Of a DNA stretch of 64,000 bases, positions 37,070 to 47,141 are shown piece by piece (within the stretch, counting starts at the first letter, position 1; the number at the start of each line of letters is the position of its first letter). Source of the DNA: a virus; the IMG/VR virus record IMGVR_UViG_3300042731_007310, positions 1 through 64,000 of that record. One strand, given 5' to 3'. A model generated the notes under the pieces. It was not told where the DNA came from. It saw nothing but the letters and a program-made list of their open reading frames with translations, and did no database searches. A program made the position numbers and the translations under genes.

Positions 37070-37483
37070 GTGCTGAAGATACACACATGTGACGGCCAAA
37101 CACTTAGGGTTGATTTGGCTGATGAAGAACAAGCGCGCTTTTGGCTTGAACGTTTGGGTAAAGAAGAGTTTCAAGCTACAATCAATGGTGTGTCATTGGT
37201 GGAACGACATAACGTTGGAAGGTGTTCTGAATGTGGTAGAAAATACGGTAAAGAGATCGGTGTTCAGTATTCGATTACAAGACCGGATGATTTCCGAAAA
37301 GTGTTTTTCCATATCGAAAATATTCCAGCTAACGGAAAGATAAAGGGTGGTGAAAGGGTAACCGTGTTTTCTGATGAAATACGCCTTGTCCTTATGGCTC
37401 ATCGTTCACAACCAGCGGCTAGAATAACAGTATCAAAAACCGGAAAGCAGAAATACAATCCATTTCAGGGAGCGAAAAAATGA
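37070..37483 (+). CDS. hypothetical protein
   Basis: ORF coupled to the next gene. Confidence 0.65.
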   Translation: MLKIHTCDGQTLRVDLADEEQARFWLERLGKEEFQATINGVSLVERHNVGRCSECGRKYGKEIGVQYSITRPDDFRKVFFHIENIPANGKIKGGERVTVFSDEIRLVLMAHRSQPAARITVSKTGKQKYNPFQGAKK

Positions 37484-38268
37484 GTAATCCCATTACACAA
37501 AATATTTTTGTTCGTAAAGATATCAAATTGGCAACTGGCGAAAGTGTCAGTGACTTCACTAAAAAGTTGCGTGAAAGTTGCGTGAAATGGGCTAGACAGA
37601 AATTGGCGCTTGATGTGAAGAAGGGAGATATCTATCCGGTTGAGATTTTCAGTTCAGCCGTTGTTTTTGATGTCTATAAATACGACTCTGAACCCGGAAA
37701 CAGACAACAGTATTTCGCTTGTAAATACAAGCGTCAAGATACTGGTGGGTTTGAATTTGAAAGTCTAATGGAAGTCGAAAGGGTTGTTTCATTTCAACAG
37801 AAACAAAATGCCCCTGTTATGAAGTCCAAAGGAATCGAAGTAGACGTTGAAAAGGCGCCATTGTCTACGGCTACAATCAACGATTTACCAGATGCGGCTT
37901 TCGCGATTATTCTACCTGGTGGAAAAAAAGACGCGAGCGGAAAAACTACACCACGTAATCTTCGAATGTTGCCGCATCATACGCGCAATGTTCAGAGTGC
38001 TAGCGAAGATAGTACGATTGATATGCCACGTTTGAGGAATGCATTAGCAAGATTGAATCAAGCTAAGTTGAGTCAGGAACAAAGAAGTAGGGCTAGTAAT
38101 CATTTGGATAAACACGCTAATGCGGTTTTGGCTAGCCGTGGTGGTGATCCAGGGAAGATCGATGCTACCCGTGGAAATCGCGCTGGTGCTAAACCAGTAA
38201 AGAAGGCACTTGACGTTTGTGATGGTTGGATAGAAACGTCAAAATCATTTTGGAATGGAGTGATCTGA
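37480..38268 (+). CDS. head-associated multidomain protein with scaffold-like C-terminus
   Basis: NDLPDAAFA..GKTTPRNLRMLPHH..RNALAR domain; ends KSFWNGVI. Confidence 0.75.
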   Translation: MSNPITQNIFVRKDIKLATGESVSDFTKKLRESCVKWARQKLALDVKKGDIYPVEIFSSAVVFDVYKYDSEPGNRQQYFACKYKRQDTGGFEFESLMEVERVVSFQQKQNAPVMKSKGIEVDVEKAPLSTATINDLPDAAFAIILPGGKKDASGKTTPRNLRMLPHHTRNVQSASEDSTIDMPRLRNALARLNQAKLSQEQRSRASNHLDKHANAVLASRGGDPGKIDATRGNRAGAKPVKKALDVCDGWIETSKSFWNGVI

Positions 38269-38314
38269 AAACATCTTTGGTATGGGAAACCATCACCATT
38301 TATAGTGAGGAATT

Positions 38315-40216
38315 ATGGTAGACACCATTGTCCAAAAAACAGAAAAAGATATAGTTGAAGCAAAGGCAAGAAGGGCTAATAATTCTGATCTTTGGAATAA
38401 ACTTTGGAGCGAAGAAGGGGATGATACGTGGAGAAAGGAAGCTCTTACGCGCGTGTACGCGCGAATATGCGCACTCATAAAGAGACTTCCACCGTTATCG
38501 CCTAAAGGAAACGTAGTAGTTGATATAGGTGGTGGTCGCGGAATACTAGCGAAACAGATTGTAGATGAATGTCATTTAGTTGGTCAGAATCCTTCTGAAA
38601 ACATGTATGTTGTTGATCACAGCGATTCCGCTCTAGAAGGTGTTACAGAAAAGGGTATGACTGGAATAAAGTGTGATTTGGAAGCTATCAGTGACGTTGA
38701 TGATTTTCCAAGTGCAACAGTATATGTGTCTACTGAATGCTTGGAACACCTTTCTACTATCACTCGTAATAGATTACTAAAGACTATAAAAAGAAATTCT
38801 AATTATGGTGCGTTGATATCAGTACCCAACAATCGATTAGGTCCGGAAGAAGAACCACAACACACAATAAAATTCAATGCTATGTCATTCAAAAAGACCC
38901 TTGAAAGTCATTTCGAACACGTAAGGATTGAAGTGATGGGTCCATTTTTGTTAGGCGTGTGTGGTCAATTAGCAAAGAAAGATTTCACGTTATCAGCTAC
39001 GCTTCCGGTTCGAGACGAAGAACACGATTTAGAACCGACCTTAGCAAGTTTGCGCGGTATAGCCGATCAACTTGTAGTAGGTATAGATCCAAGAACTAAA
39101 GATAAAACGTGGGAGATAGCAGAGCTATATGCTGATAAAGTTTTTTACTTACGCGATCCAATGGGTCCACCAGATAATCATAGCCTAAACGATTGTCTTG
39201 TTTGTGAAGGTGGTGAATGCAGAGAATATATGGGCGAAAATGGTGTGAATTTCTCATGGATAAGAAATCAGTGTATCGCTGAATGTGATGGTGAATGGAT
39301 CTTTATGACTGAAGGTCATGAAAGATTAGTTGGTGGACAAGACGTTTTGCTTCAACTAGATAGAATAGTTCCTAAACCAGCAAGGATAGGATTAGTTCTA
39401 AGACAAGGTAACGGGCAACAATGGTCATTTCCGTGGTTGTTTCGGAATGCTAAAGATATTTTCTTTACTCGTCCGGTTCACAATACTTTGGATTATCCTG
39501 ATGGAACTTACGTTGTAAAATTACCTCAAATAAAAATGCTTCATGATAGGCATGAAGAACGTGGAAAAAGTCGCGCCAAACAACGCAAGGCACAGAACAG
39601 AAACGCGCTACTAGATGACTGGCTAGCGCGCAAATCTGAAGCCAGTCTTTTCTATTTGGGTCAAGAGTGGCGTGATATCGATCCAAATAAAGCGATAGAA
39701 AGGCTTGAACAATTTTTAGTTGTTTCAAATAATGGTGTTCAACGCTATCAGGCTAGGCTTATCTTGGCCAAAGAATATATGAGAAAAGGAAACGTGAAAG
39801 ATGCTTTTAGAGTGCTACATGGCTGTACTTCTGATGATTGGACGCGTTGTGAACACTTTCTTTGGTTAGGTGATATTGCCTTTCTTCAAGAAGACTTTGA
39901 GAAGGCACATAGATTTTATACGTACGCTGCAACAGGCATAGGAGATCCACCTTTTACGGTGTGGTGGATCGACCTGATATACTATGGTCATCTTCCCGCG
40001 CAAAGGTTAGCACAAGTTTGCGCTCATATGGGTCGCATAGAAGAATCTTTGATGTGGGCTAAAAAGGTTATCGAACTTCTTCCGGGTGATTCACCTACGG
40101 AAGCTTTTACGGAAGCACAAGAAAACGTTACAATACTGGAAGAAGCATTGTCACAATGTAACGGAGAGAAAAGTCATGACACCAAAACAACTAATCAAAG
40201 ACATTCTGCAAAGTAA
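38315..40216 (+). CDS. class I SAM methyltransferase - GT2 glycosyltransferase - TPR fusion
   Basis: VDIGGGRG..TECLEH..ISVPN; PVRDEE..D.T.EIA..NFSWIRN; C-terminal TPR helices. Confidence 0.85.
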   Translation: MVDTIVQKTEKDIVEAKARRANNSDLWNKLWSEEGDDTWRKEALTRVYARICALIKRLPPLSPKGNVVVDIGGGRGILAKQIVDECHLVGQNPSENMYVVDHSDSALEGVTEKGMTGIKCDLEAISDVDDFPSATVYVSTECLEHLSTITRNRLLKTIKRNSNYGALISVPNNRLGPEEEPQHTIKFNAMSFKKTLESHFEHVRIEVMGPFLLGVCGQLAKKDFTLSATLPVRDEEHDLEPTLASLRGIADQLVVGIDPRTKDKTWEIAELYADKVFYLRDPMGPPDNHSLNDCLVCEGGECREYMGENGVNFSWIRNQCIAECDGEWIFMTEGHERLVGGQDVLLQLDRIVPKPARIGLVLRQGNGQQWSFPWLFRNAKDIFFTRPVHNTLDYPDGTYVVKLPQIKMLHDRHEERGKSRAKQRKAQNRNALLDDWLARKSEASLFYLGQEWRDIDPNKAIERLEQFLVVSNNGVQRYQARLILAKEYMRKGNVKDAFRVLHGCTSDDWTRCEHFLWLGDIAFLQEDFEKAHRFYTYAATGIGDPPFTVWWIDLIYYGHLPAQRLAQVCAHMGRIEESLMWAKKVIELLPGDSPTEAFTEAQENVTILEEALSQCNGEKSHDTKTTNQRHSAK

Positions 40217-40676
40217 AAAATTTGGCGGTTTCGTCGATATCGAAGTAATCCGCGATAGTGGTGACGGACCAAAAGTTATTCGTAGGGTAAGGACTCATAA
40301 TCTGGTAGTCAATACCGGTAAACGTCAAACGTGGCGTCAAGCTTGTGGTTTGAACCCTAATGACTGGGATCAATTCCGGGTTGGAACGTGTGGTGTAGCC
40401 GCTAACAGCGCGCAAACTAACGTTGTGTCGCCCGTAACCGGAACCCTGAATACGGCTGACTCGAAAACGCTTTTGGCTGGTACAAGAACGTTTCAGTTGG
40501 TTATCAGCTATCCTTCAGGTGCGGGTTCGAAGTCCGCAACCAACATTCAAGAAGTCGTTGTGTTGAATCAAAATACTTCACCTGGTGGATCGGCTCTTAT
40601 GCGCGCCATATTTACGCCAGTAAATAAAACGACTGCCGATAAGTTGAAGCTCACCTACAACGTTCGAATCGTGTAA
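40176..40676 (+). CDS. virion fibre/collar-associated protein
   Basis: HNLVVNTG..VNKT..LTY pattern typical of fibre-base proteins. Confidence 0.55.
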   Translation: MTPKQLIKDILQSKKFGGFVDIEVIRDSGDGPKVIRRVRTHNLVVNTGKRQTWRQACGLNPNDWDQFRVGTCGVAANSAQTNVVSPVTGTLNTADSKTLLAGTRTFQLVISYPSGAGSKSATNIQEVVVLNQNTSPGGSALMRAIFTPVNKTTADKLKLTYNVRIV

Positions 40677-40678
40677 TC

Positions 40679-41023
40679 ATGGGTATTACGGATAAACCGC
40701 AAATTGTTGATTCAGTCTTGGCCACAATTGAGACTGAACCAACAGATCCAATTTTTCCTTGTCCTGAATGCGGTTCAGAAACTAAACCCTATGGTGAAGC
40801 CGAAAGAGAAAATAGCGGTCAACGAATTTGTTCTTCAACGGTATGTAGAAAAGTTCAACCCAAAATAAAAGAAACGTTGAAGCAAATAAACGGTAGGATC
40901 GTGAGGTTTCCGTGTAGGGATTGTGGTTGCGAAACTAAAGTCTATAAGGACGGAAAAGTAGACGTAGTAAAATCAAGGATTTGTTCTAACAAGTCCTGTA
41001 AACACATTATTGAAGCGACATAG
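40679..41023 (+). CDS. tandem Zn-ribbon protein
   Basis: FPCxxCGxETKxY..RICS..C present twice. Confidence 0.7.
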   Translation: MGITDKPQIVDSVLATIETEPTDPIFPCPECGSETKPYGEAERENSGQRICSSTVCRKVQPKIKETLKQINGRIVRFPCRDCGCETKVYKDGKVDVVKSRICSNKSCKHIIEAT

Positions 41024-41070
41024 CCTAGATCCACGTCGGATCGGGCTATGCCCGAAAAGGAGAGTGGATC

Positions 41071-41502
41071 ATGGCTGAACGAAGAATAGCTAACGCTTCA
41101 GATTTCACAAGCGCAATACGCTCTAATAGCGGAGCAATATTAGGCGATCTAGCTACCAACCCCGGAAGTACGGCGGCTGAAGTCGCTTCTAGTACGTCGA
41201 TAAACCAAATCATTGTCGATCAAGTCTTGGCCTTTGGCGTGAAGGCTGGTGTGATAATCGCTAGGGCAAACTTCAGCGGTATAATCCGATTTTGGCGCGC
41301 TAACGACTGGTTTGAAATGATGCTTGACCATATCAGTACGGCGCGAACGTGGCTTTCTGGTGTTGGTTCTAATGGAGCATTAGAAGGAAATTTGGCTAGT
41401 GCGTTGGTAACCGCTGGTGTGAGTACCAACGAATCGGAAGCGCTCGCTACAGCGCTAGCGAACGTCTTGATAAATGAAGGCGCTGGTGAAACGGCTGGAT
41501 GA
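41071..41502 (+). CDS. hypothetical Ala-rich protein
   Basis: AAGGAG RBS after a hairpin at 41019-41049. Confidence 0.7.
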   Translation: MAERRIANASDFTSAIRSNSGAILGDLATNPGSTAAEVASSTSINQIIVDQVLAFGVKAGVIIARANFSGIIRFWRANDWFEMMLDHISTARTWLSGVGSNGALEGNLASALVTAGVSTNESEALATALANVLINEGAGETAG

Positions 41503-42214
41503 TATGACACAAGTTCTCTATCCCATTGGTGACGGAATATTTGTAGGTGATTGGAAGTCAATCGGTGGAATAGAGAAGTCTTATGTTATGAATCCATTAT
41601 TAGGTGATGACGCATACGTGTACATCAAAGAAGGTATGGTTGGAAATTTCTTTGATGTACATGTAGAGTCAAAAGGACCTATAGAATTTGGAAATTCACA
41701 ACTTCATGTAAGGGCTAATCGAATTGACGGTGGAAATGAATCCCAAATTTCAGCTTCGATATGGGGTGAAAATCCGCAAAGAACAAATAGCCCTAGACTG
41801 ATATCTACGATCGATCCGATATTCATAACATTTGAAGACTGGAACGATTATGTAAAGGTGATAGAAGGAAGAGATAGTGATTATATATCTAGTTATATGG
41901 GTGACCTTTGGATTAGAATTTGGATTTCTGCGATCATAAATGGTTCCGGATTTTATCCAAAGATAGGTATTTCTTCAGTTTGGATAGAAACACCGGAATC
42001 ACCGAAAGTTGTTTTCAATGATCTTTCAACTAAACCAACTGAAGGTATTTTGGTTTACGTTAGAACTTACAGTGGAAGGACTGGTGTAGCGAAATACTAT
42101 AAAGGTGAATGGCTAGACGAATCAGATCAACCATTTGAAAAAATGGAAAACGGAAGTGGACCTGATGGTAGATTGAATTTTCCGATAGCTGTAAACGGAT
42201 GGTCATACATGTAA
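41474..42214 (+). CDS. hypothetical, probable virion protein
   Basis: ORF in the structural operon; start may be 41504. Confidence 0.65.
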   Translation: MKALVKRLDDMTQVLYPIGDGIFVGDWKSIGGIEKSYVMNPLLGDDAYVYIKEGMVGNFFDVHVESKGPIEFGNSQLHVRANRIDGGNESQISASIWGENPQRTNSPRLISTIDPIFITFEDWNDYVKVIEGRDSDYISSYMGDLWIRIWISAIINGSGFYPKIGISSVWIETPESPKVVFNDLSTKPTEGILVYVRTYSGRTGVAKYYKGEWLDESDQPFEKMENGSGPDGRLNFPIAVNGWSYM

Positions 42215-42227
42215 AAGAGAAGAGATA

Positions 42228-45200
42228 ATGGCTATTCCATCTTATGAAGGTATTGCATCTAATACGGCGTTTGCTTCATCAATCACCGTAGATATATCTG
42301 GTATAGATGGTGGGAGTCCACCTACTGTTGGTGATTTACTAATTGCTAATGTTTCTGTAGTAAATATATCAGCTCCAACAAATGAACTTATAACCGCACC
42401 TGATGGATGGCACAAACTTGGAAAGGTACTTTTAGGTCACCGTGATGCTTTATTTTGGAAGATAAGGGAAAGCGGAGATAGCAACAGTGTTCAATTTGGT
42501 CATGCTGGAATAGGTGTACTAAACACAATAGCATATATCCATTGTATACGTGGCGCTGATAAAGCAAGGCCAATAGTAAGGCAATCAATAAATTATGAAG
42601 ATTCTGGAACCTATAATTGGGATGCAGAAACAACACCTGTAGCAGATTGTTTAGCGATAGCTTCAGTAAATTTAGCTGAAGGAAATAATACTGGTGCTAG
42701 TCCGGCTAGCGGTTGGACAGAAAGACTAGACATTGGAATTGGAATTTTGATTGATGAGCTTACTTCTTACGTTCAAACAAGGGGATTTGCAACGCAAGGA
42801 AGTAGTACTGGAAATCCATCAACTGATATTCCGGGTATAGTTTCGTATCAATATATTGCACGTATGATATTGGTTCAACCGCCACAAACGGCTACACCAA
42901 AAGATATTCGTGTTGCAACTGGAACATTTGCTAGTCCTACTTCAACAGGTAATCAAGATTTTACAAATCTAGGATTTGACTGCAAAGCGTTGATAATTTA
43001 CGGAATAAGGAACTCCGATCAATCAGCGGTGACGGATATAGAATACACACACGGAATAGGTGCCGACGACGGTGTGACCAGCGCGGCACAAAGATGCTTT
43101 GGAGTTTGGCATGATTCCGGATCTGGTGCGGCTGGATATAGTAGAAATGGAGAAATAATCGCGCTCTACATCGCCGGCAACTCTACGTTGGGCAGTCCGG
43201 ATTTATTGGCTACGTACAGCAGAATCACAGGCGGATTCAGATTGAATTGGACTTCCGTAATGGGAAGCGGTTATGCGTTTAGTTACATGGCTTTCGGAGG
43301 AGCCGATTTCCAAGCAGCTTGCGGAGCCGTTCAAGCCAGCGCAGGTTCAGTTAGTGGCTTGAATTTCAGACCTGAAGCTGTTCATATAATAGGTCAATGC
43401 CTTGATTCTGATTCAGATCAATTGAGGACCGTTTACGGTTTAGGAGCTTGCGGATGGTTAGATTGCCAAACCGGCGCCCAATTCTATTCTTTCATCGACA
43501 CACAAGAAACCGGAAACGGGGAATTCATATTCAGGGATTCTGGATTGTACGGTCAATCGGTCGGAGGAACTCCGGGTTGGGAGATAGAATTCGCAAAAAC
43601 CAATTCAGACGGTTGGAACTGGGCAGGGACCGATTCAGATTACTTCTTCTATTTGGCCATGTATTTCGGCGGAACCACGTATTTCCCGTATCAAGTTGAG
43701 TATATTGAATCAGATGATTCCGGAACTGGTGGGGCCGATCAATATCTACCTTCATTTGCGCTAGATCAGACATATGCAACCAAAAAATTAATTCATGCTT
43801 TAGGAAATAGGGACGGAACAGATGTGGGTTTAGAAGCTGGTGGATGTTCTGAAGGTCACGTAAAATTTTCGTATGAAGCGGTTGATCAAGATGGTATGGC
43901 AATAGCCAAAATCGGAAGTACATCAGAGAGAAGAAGGGCTACATTTCAAGCGATACTGATGCACTCTTCTGGTGATTTAGATTCGATTGGAAAATTAGGT
44001 AGATTTTATTATCCAGATTATATCGACTGGCAAGTAAATAATACCGTAGATCATTTGATAGGTTTATTTACTTTAGGATTTATAGGTCAAGTCTATACGA
44101 GAATAATCAATGATACAATATCCGTATCAGATAATCTTGACGTTGAAATGTTTTATGGAAGGACTACTGTTTCAGACAATGTTTCAGTAACAGATTCCAT
44201 TCAACGTGTTCATGATGCTCACCGGATTATAAACGACACTATTTCAGTCACAGATCAAATTCAACGCGAACATGACGCTGTTAGAATCATCAACGATACA
44301 GTAAACGTATCAGATCAAGTATATACTAATCTAGAATATGAAAGATCAATAAACGACACTGTTTCTATTTCAGATCAGATTCAAAGCGAACATGACGCTG
44401 TTAGAATCATCAACGATACTGTTTCTGTTTCTGATTCTTTATCCACAGAACTTTCATATGGAAGAACGCTTTCTGACACTGTTTCGGTTACAGATTCTAT
44501 TCAACGTGAACATGATGCTCACCGAATAGTAGGCGACGCTATTTCAATAACAGATCAAGCTTCTACCGAATTAGAGTATGGAAGGGCGGTAGGCGACACT
44601 GTTTCGGTAACCGATCAAATTCAAAGGGAACATGACGCTGTAAGAACGATTGATGACACCGTTTCAGTAACCGATCAGATTCAACGTGTTCATGATGCTC
44701 ACCGGATTATAAGCGATTCGATATCTGTTACAGATCAAATTCAGCGAGCCCATGACGCAAGTAGGATAATAGACGATTCGATATCTGTTACAGATCAAAT
44801 TCAGCGAGCCCATGAATCACATAGAATTATAAATGATAATATAAGTATTTCTGATTCGATAAATGTGAATACAGCTTTTTGTTTTTGTTTTAGCGATCCT
44901 ATAAACGTCATCGATCAGATTTTACGTGCTCATGACGCGGTTAGAACAATAAACGATCAAATTGCCGTTATTGATTCTGTCGTTAGAAACATGTATTTTG
45001 AAAGATCTGTAAATGATACGGTAAACATAACCGATCAACTTGTAGTAGAATTCTTTATAGAGAGAACTGTTAGTGACACCATAAGCGTATCTGATCAACT
45101 ATCAAGGGATCACGATTCTTCAAGAACGTTTGATGACAACGTATCAGTAGTTGATCAAATAGCGATAGAAGTATTTATAAAAAATGTCGATTCCATATCT

Positions 45201-47138
45201 GTCATTGATCAAGTGGTGGTCTCACTTGAATACGAAAGAAGTTTTTCAGATTCCGTTTCTGTAACTGATTCCGTAAAAGCAACATTGGAATTCGAAAGAA
45301 GTTTTTCAGATTCCGTTTCGTTATCAGATTCTTTATCTATTGAACTTGAATACGGAAGAATCATCAGTGATTCCATTTCTGTTGTTGATTCAATCCAATA
45401 CGTTCATGATGCTCATAGAATAATAAGTGATACCGTTTCAACTACTGACCAAATCGTTCCGGAAGTCTTTAGGGACTATGGTGATATGGTTGGTATTATT
45501 GATGAGTTGAAAGTATCGCTGGTATATGGTCGTATCATTTCTGATTACGTAGTAACTTATGACACGTTTAGTAGGGGAAAAGAGATCGGGTATGCAATAT
45601 CCGATAGCGTAAATATCATTGATCAAATTTCTACTGAAATGAATTTTGGTAGAGTGATAAATGATTCAACAAATGTTTCAGATCAGTTGATTGCAGAGTT
45701 CATAGAAGGACAAATAAAAAGAGAGTTTTATGAAACTATAGGTGTTACAGATTCTTTGTCCATTGAAATGGAGTACGGAAGGACTGTAAGCGATTCCGTG
45801 AATGTTTTAGATCAAATACTTACTGGTTATGCGCAAGGAATAACGATAAACGATTCTGTTTCAGTTTCAGATCAACTTATCAGATCTCAAGATGTAAATA
45901 TAGAAATCAACGATTCGATAAACGTATCCGATCAAGCTTCAGCCGGAATCTTCGATTATGCATTTTTTGATTCAGTTAGTTTGTCTGATTCTTTGTCCAT
46001 TGAAATGGAGTACGGAAGGTTAATAAGTGACACCGTTTCAACTGTTGACCAAATCGTATCACAAATAACTGGTGAAATAAATATAACGATAAATGATACT
46101 ATTTCGGTAGCAGATTCAATTCAAAGGGAACATGACGCTGTAAGAAACATCAGCGACAGTGTTTCTGTTTCTGACTTATTAGGTGCGACTAGCGAGAGAG
46201 AAATATCTGATTCAATAAATGTGTCAGATCAACTGATAGCAGAAACTTCTTATAATAGATCTATTAGCGACACAATAAATGTAACAGATTCCATTCAACG
46301 TGAACATGACGCGGTTAGATCAATCACTGATTCGATACAGGTTGATGATACGATATCTGTTTCTACTGGTGGAATTATTCTTCTTTCTGATTCCGTAAAC
46401 GTAGTAGAACAACTTTCGATCGAAATGGAATATGGAAGAACGATAAGTGAAACCATTTCTGTTACAGATCAGACTTCAGCTTTAGCAGAAAGAATTTTTG
46501 ATATTGCAATTGGTGATTCGATAAACGTTTCTGAAACGTTTATCAGTGAAGTCGAATATCACAGAATTATTTCTGATTCAGTAAGTGTCACAGATCAACT
46601 TTCTGTTTTCACTCCTAGTTTTGACGTTGAAATAGATGACTCAATATCAGTAGAAGATTTGATAATCGTTTCACTCGAAAAAGCGAAAACGATTTTCGAT
46701 TCTATTCAGGTTTCAGATTCAATAGAATCAGAGTTGACTTTAGGTGCTTATGTATCTGATAACGTATTTGTTACAGATCAGATTTTAGCAGACTTGATTT
46801 TCACAACACCGGATGAACTTGAAGTGGTTGATCTGTTGTTGGTAGAAGTGAACTATTCAAGGTCAACAAATGATAGTGTAGAAATTGAAGATTCAATAAT
46901 AGAAGGTGCTCAAATTTTACTTATTCATGGTATTGAAGACGGGATAAATTATGGTCCATTGAAAATTTATACCGTTTCTCCTACTGGACCTTTGAGTATT
47001 TCTGGTGGTAGAGACTGTTATCCAATTCCAACAGGATTTGTCATAATCAAGGGTGATTATGTAGAATGTAATGATAGGTTGGATTCAGGAATGATTTTCG
47101 AACAAACAATAGATGATTCTGTTCAAGTAACGGGGTGA
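42228..47138 (+). CDS. 1636-aa putative fibre/appendage protein with ~20-aa repeats
   Basis: N-terminal beta domains, then roughly 45 RxIxD[ST][VI]SV[ST]D repeats. Confidence 0.8.
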   Translation: MAIPSYEGIASNTAFASSITVDISGIDGGSPPTVGDLLIANVSVVNISAPTNELITAPDGWHKLGKVLLGHRDALFWKIRESGDSNSVQFGHAGIGVLNTIAYIHCIRGADKARPIVRQSINYEDSGTYNWDAETTPVADCLAIASVNLAEGNNTGASPASGWTERLDIGIGILIDELTSYVQTRGFATQGSSTGNPSTDIPGIVSYQYIARMILVQPPQTATPKDIRVATGTFASPTSTGNQDFTNLGFDCKALIIYGIRNSDQSAVTDIEYTHGIGADDGVTSAAQRCFGVWHDSGSGAAGYSRNGEIIALYIAGNSTLGSPDLLATYSRITGGFRLNWTSVMGSGYAFSYMAFGGADFQAACGAVQASAGSVSGLNFRPEAVHIIGQCLDSDSDQLRTVYGLGACGWLDCQTGAQFYSFIDTQETGNGEFIFRDSGLYGQSVGGTPGWEIEFAKTNSDGWNWAGTDSDYFFYLAMYFGGTTYFPYQVEYIESDDSGTGGADQYLPSFALDQTYATKKLIHALGNRDGTDVGLEAGGCSEGHVKFSYEAVDQDGMAIAKIGSTSERRRATFQAILMHSSGDLDSIGKLGRFYYPDYIDWQVNNTVDHLIGLFTLGFIGQVYTRIINDTISVSDNLDVEMFYGRTTVSDNVSVTDSIQRVHDAHRIINDTISVTDQIQREHDAVRIINDTVNVSDQVYTNLEYERSINDTVSISDQIQSEHDAVRIINDTVSVSDSLSTELSYGRTLSDTVSVTDSIQREHDAHRIVGDAISITDQASTELEYGRAVGDTVSVTDQIQREHDAVRTIDDTVSVTDQIQRVHDAHRIISDSISVTDQIQRAHDASRIIDDSISVTDQIQRAHESHRIINDNISISDSINVNTAFCFCFSDPINVIDQILRAHDAVRTINDQIAVIDSVVRNMYFERSVNDTVNITDQLVVEFFIERTVSDTISVSDQLSRDHDSSRTFDDNVSVVDQIAIEVFIKNVDSISVIDQVVVSLEYERSFSDSVSVTDSVKATLEFERSFSDSVSLSDSLSIELEYGRIISDSISVVDSIQYVHDAHRIISDTVSTTDQIVPEVFRDYGDMVGIIDELKVSLVYGRIISDYVVTYDTFSRGKEIGYAISDSVNIIDQISTEMNFGRVINDSTNVSDQLIAEFIEGQIKREFYETIGVTDSLSIEMEYGRTVSDSVNVLDQILTGYAQGITINDSVSVSDQLIRSQDVNIEINDSINVSDQASAGIFDYAFFDSVSLSDSLSIEMEYGRLISDTVSTVDQIVSQITGEINITINDTISVADSIQREHDAVRNISDSVSVSDLLGATSEREISDSINVSDQLIAETSYNRSISDTINVTDSIQREHDAVRSITDSIQVDDTISVSTGGIILLSDSVNVVEQLSIEMEYGRTISETISVTDQTSALAERIFDIAIGDSINVSETFISEVEYHRIISDSVSVTDQLSVFTPSFDVEIDDSISVEDLIIVSLEKAKTIFDSIQVSDSIESELTLGAYVSDNVFVTDQILADLIFTTPDELEVVDLLLVEVNYSRSTNDSVEIEDSIIEGAQILLIHGIEDGINYGPLKIYTVSPTGPLSISGGRDCYPIPTGFVIIKGDYVECNDRLDSGMIFEQTIDDSVQVTG
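44095..46900 (+). repeat. ~60-nt period coding tandem repeat
   Basis: For example, 42 identical nt at 44714 and 44774. Confidence 0.9.
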
Positions 47139-47141
47139 GTT

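Noticed and set aside
7906-43699. Alternative-frame + strand ORFs nested in genes (7906, 15245, 20411, 35310, 36111, 37089, 37847, 43448)
   Set aside because: Largely or fully overlap better-supported genes.
44095-46900. Diversity-generating retroelement or CRISPR in the 60-nt repeats
   Set aside because: In-frame coding repeats; no reverse transcriptase in the window and no adenine-specific template/variable pair seen.
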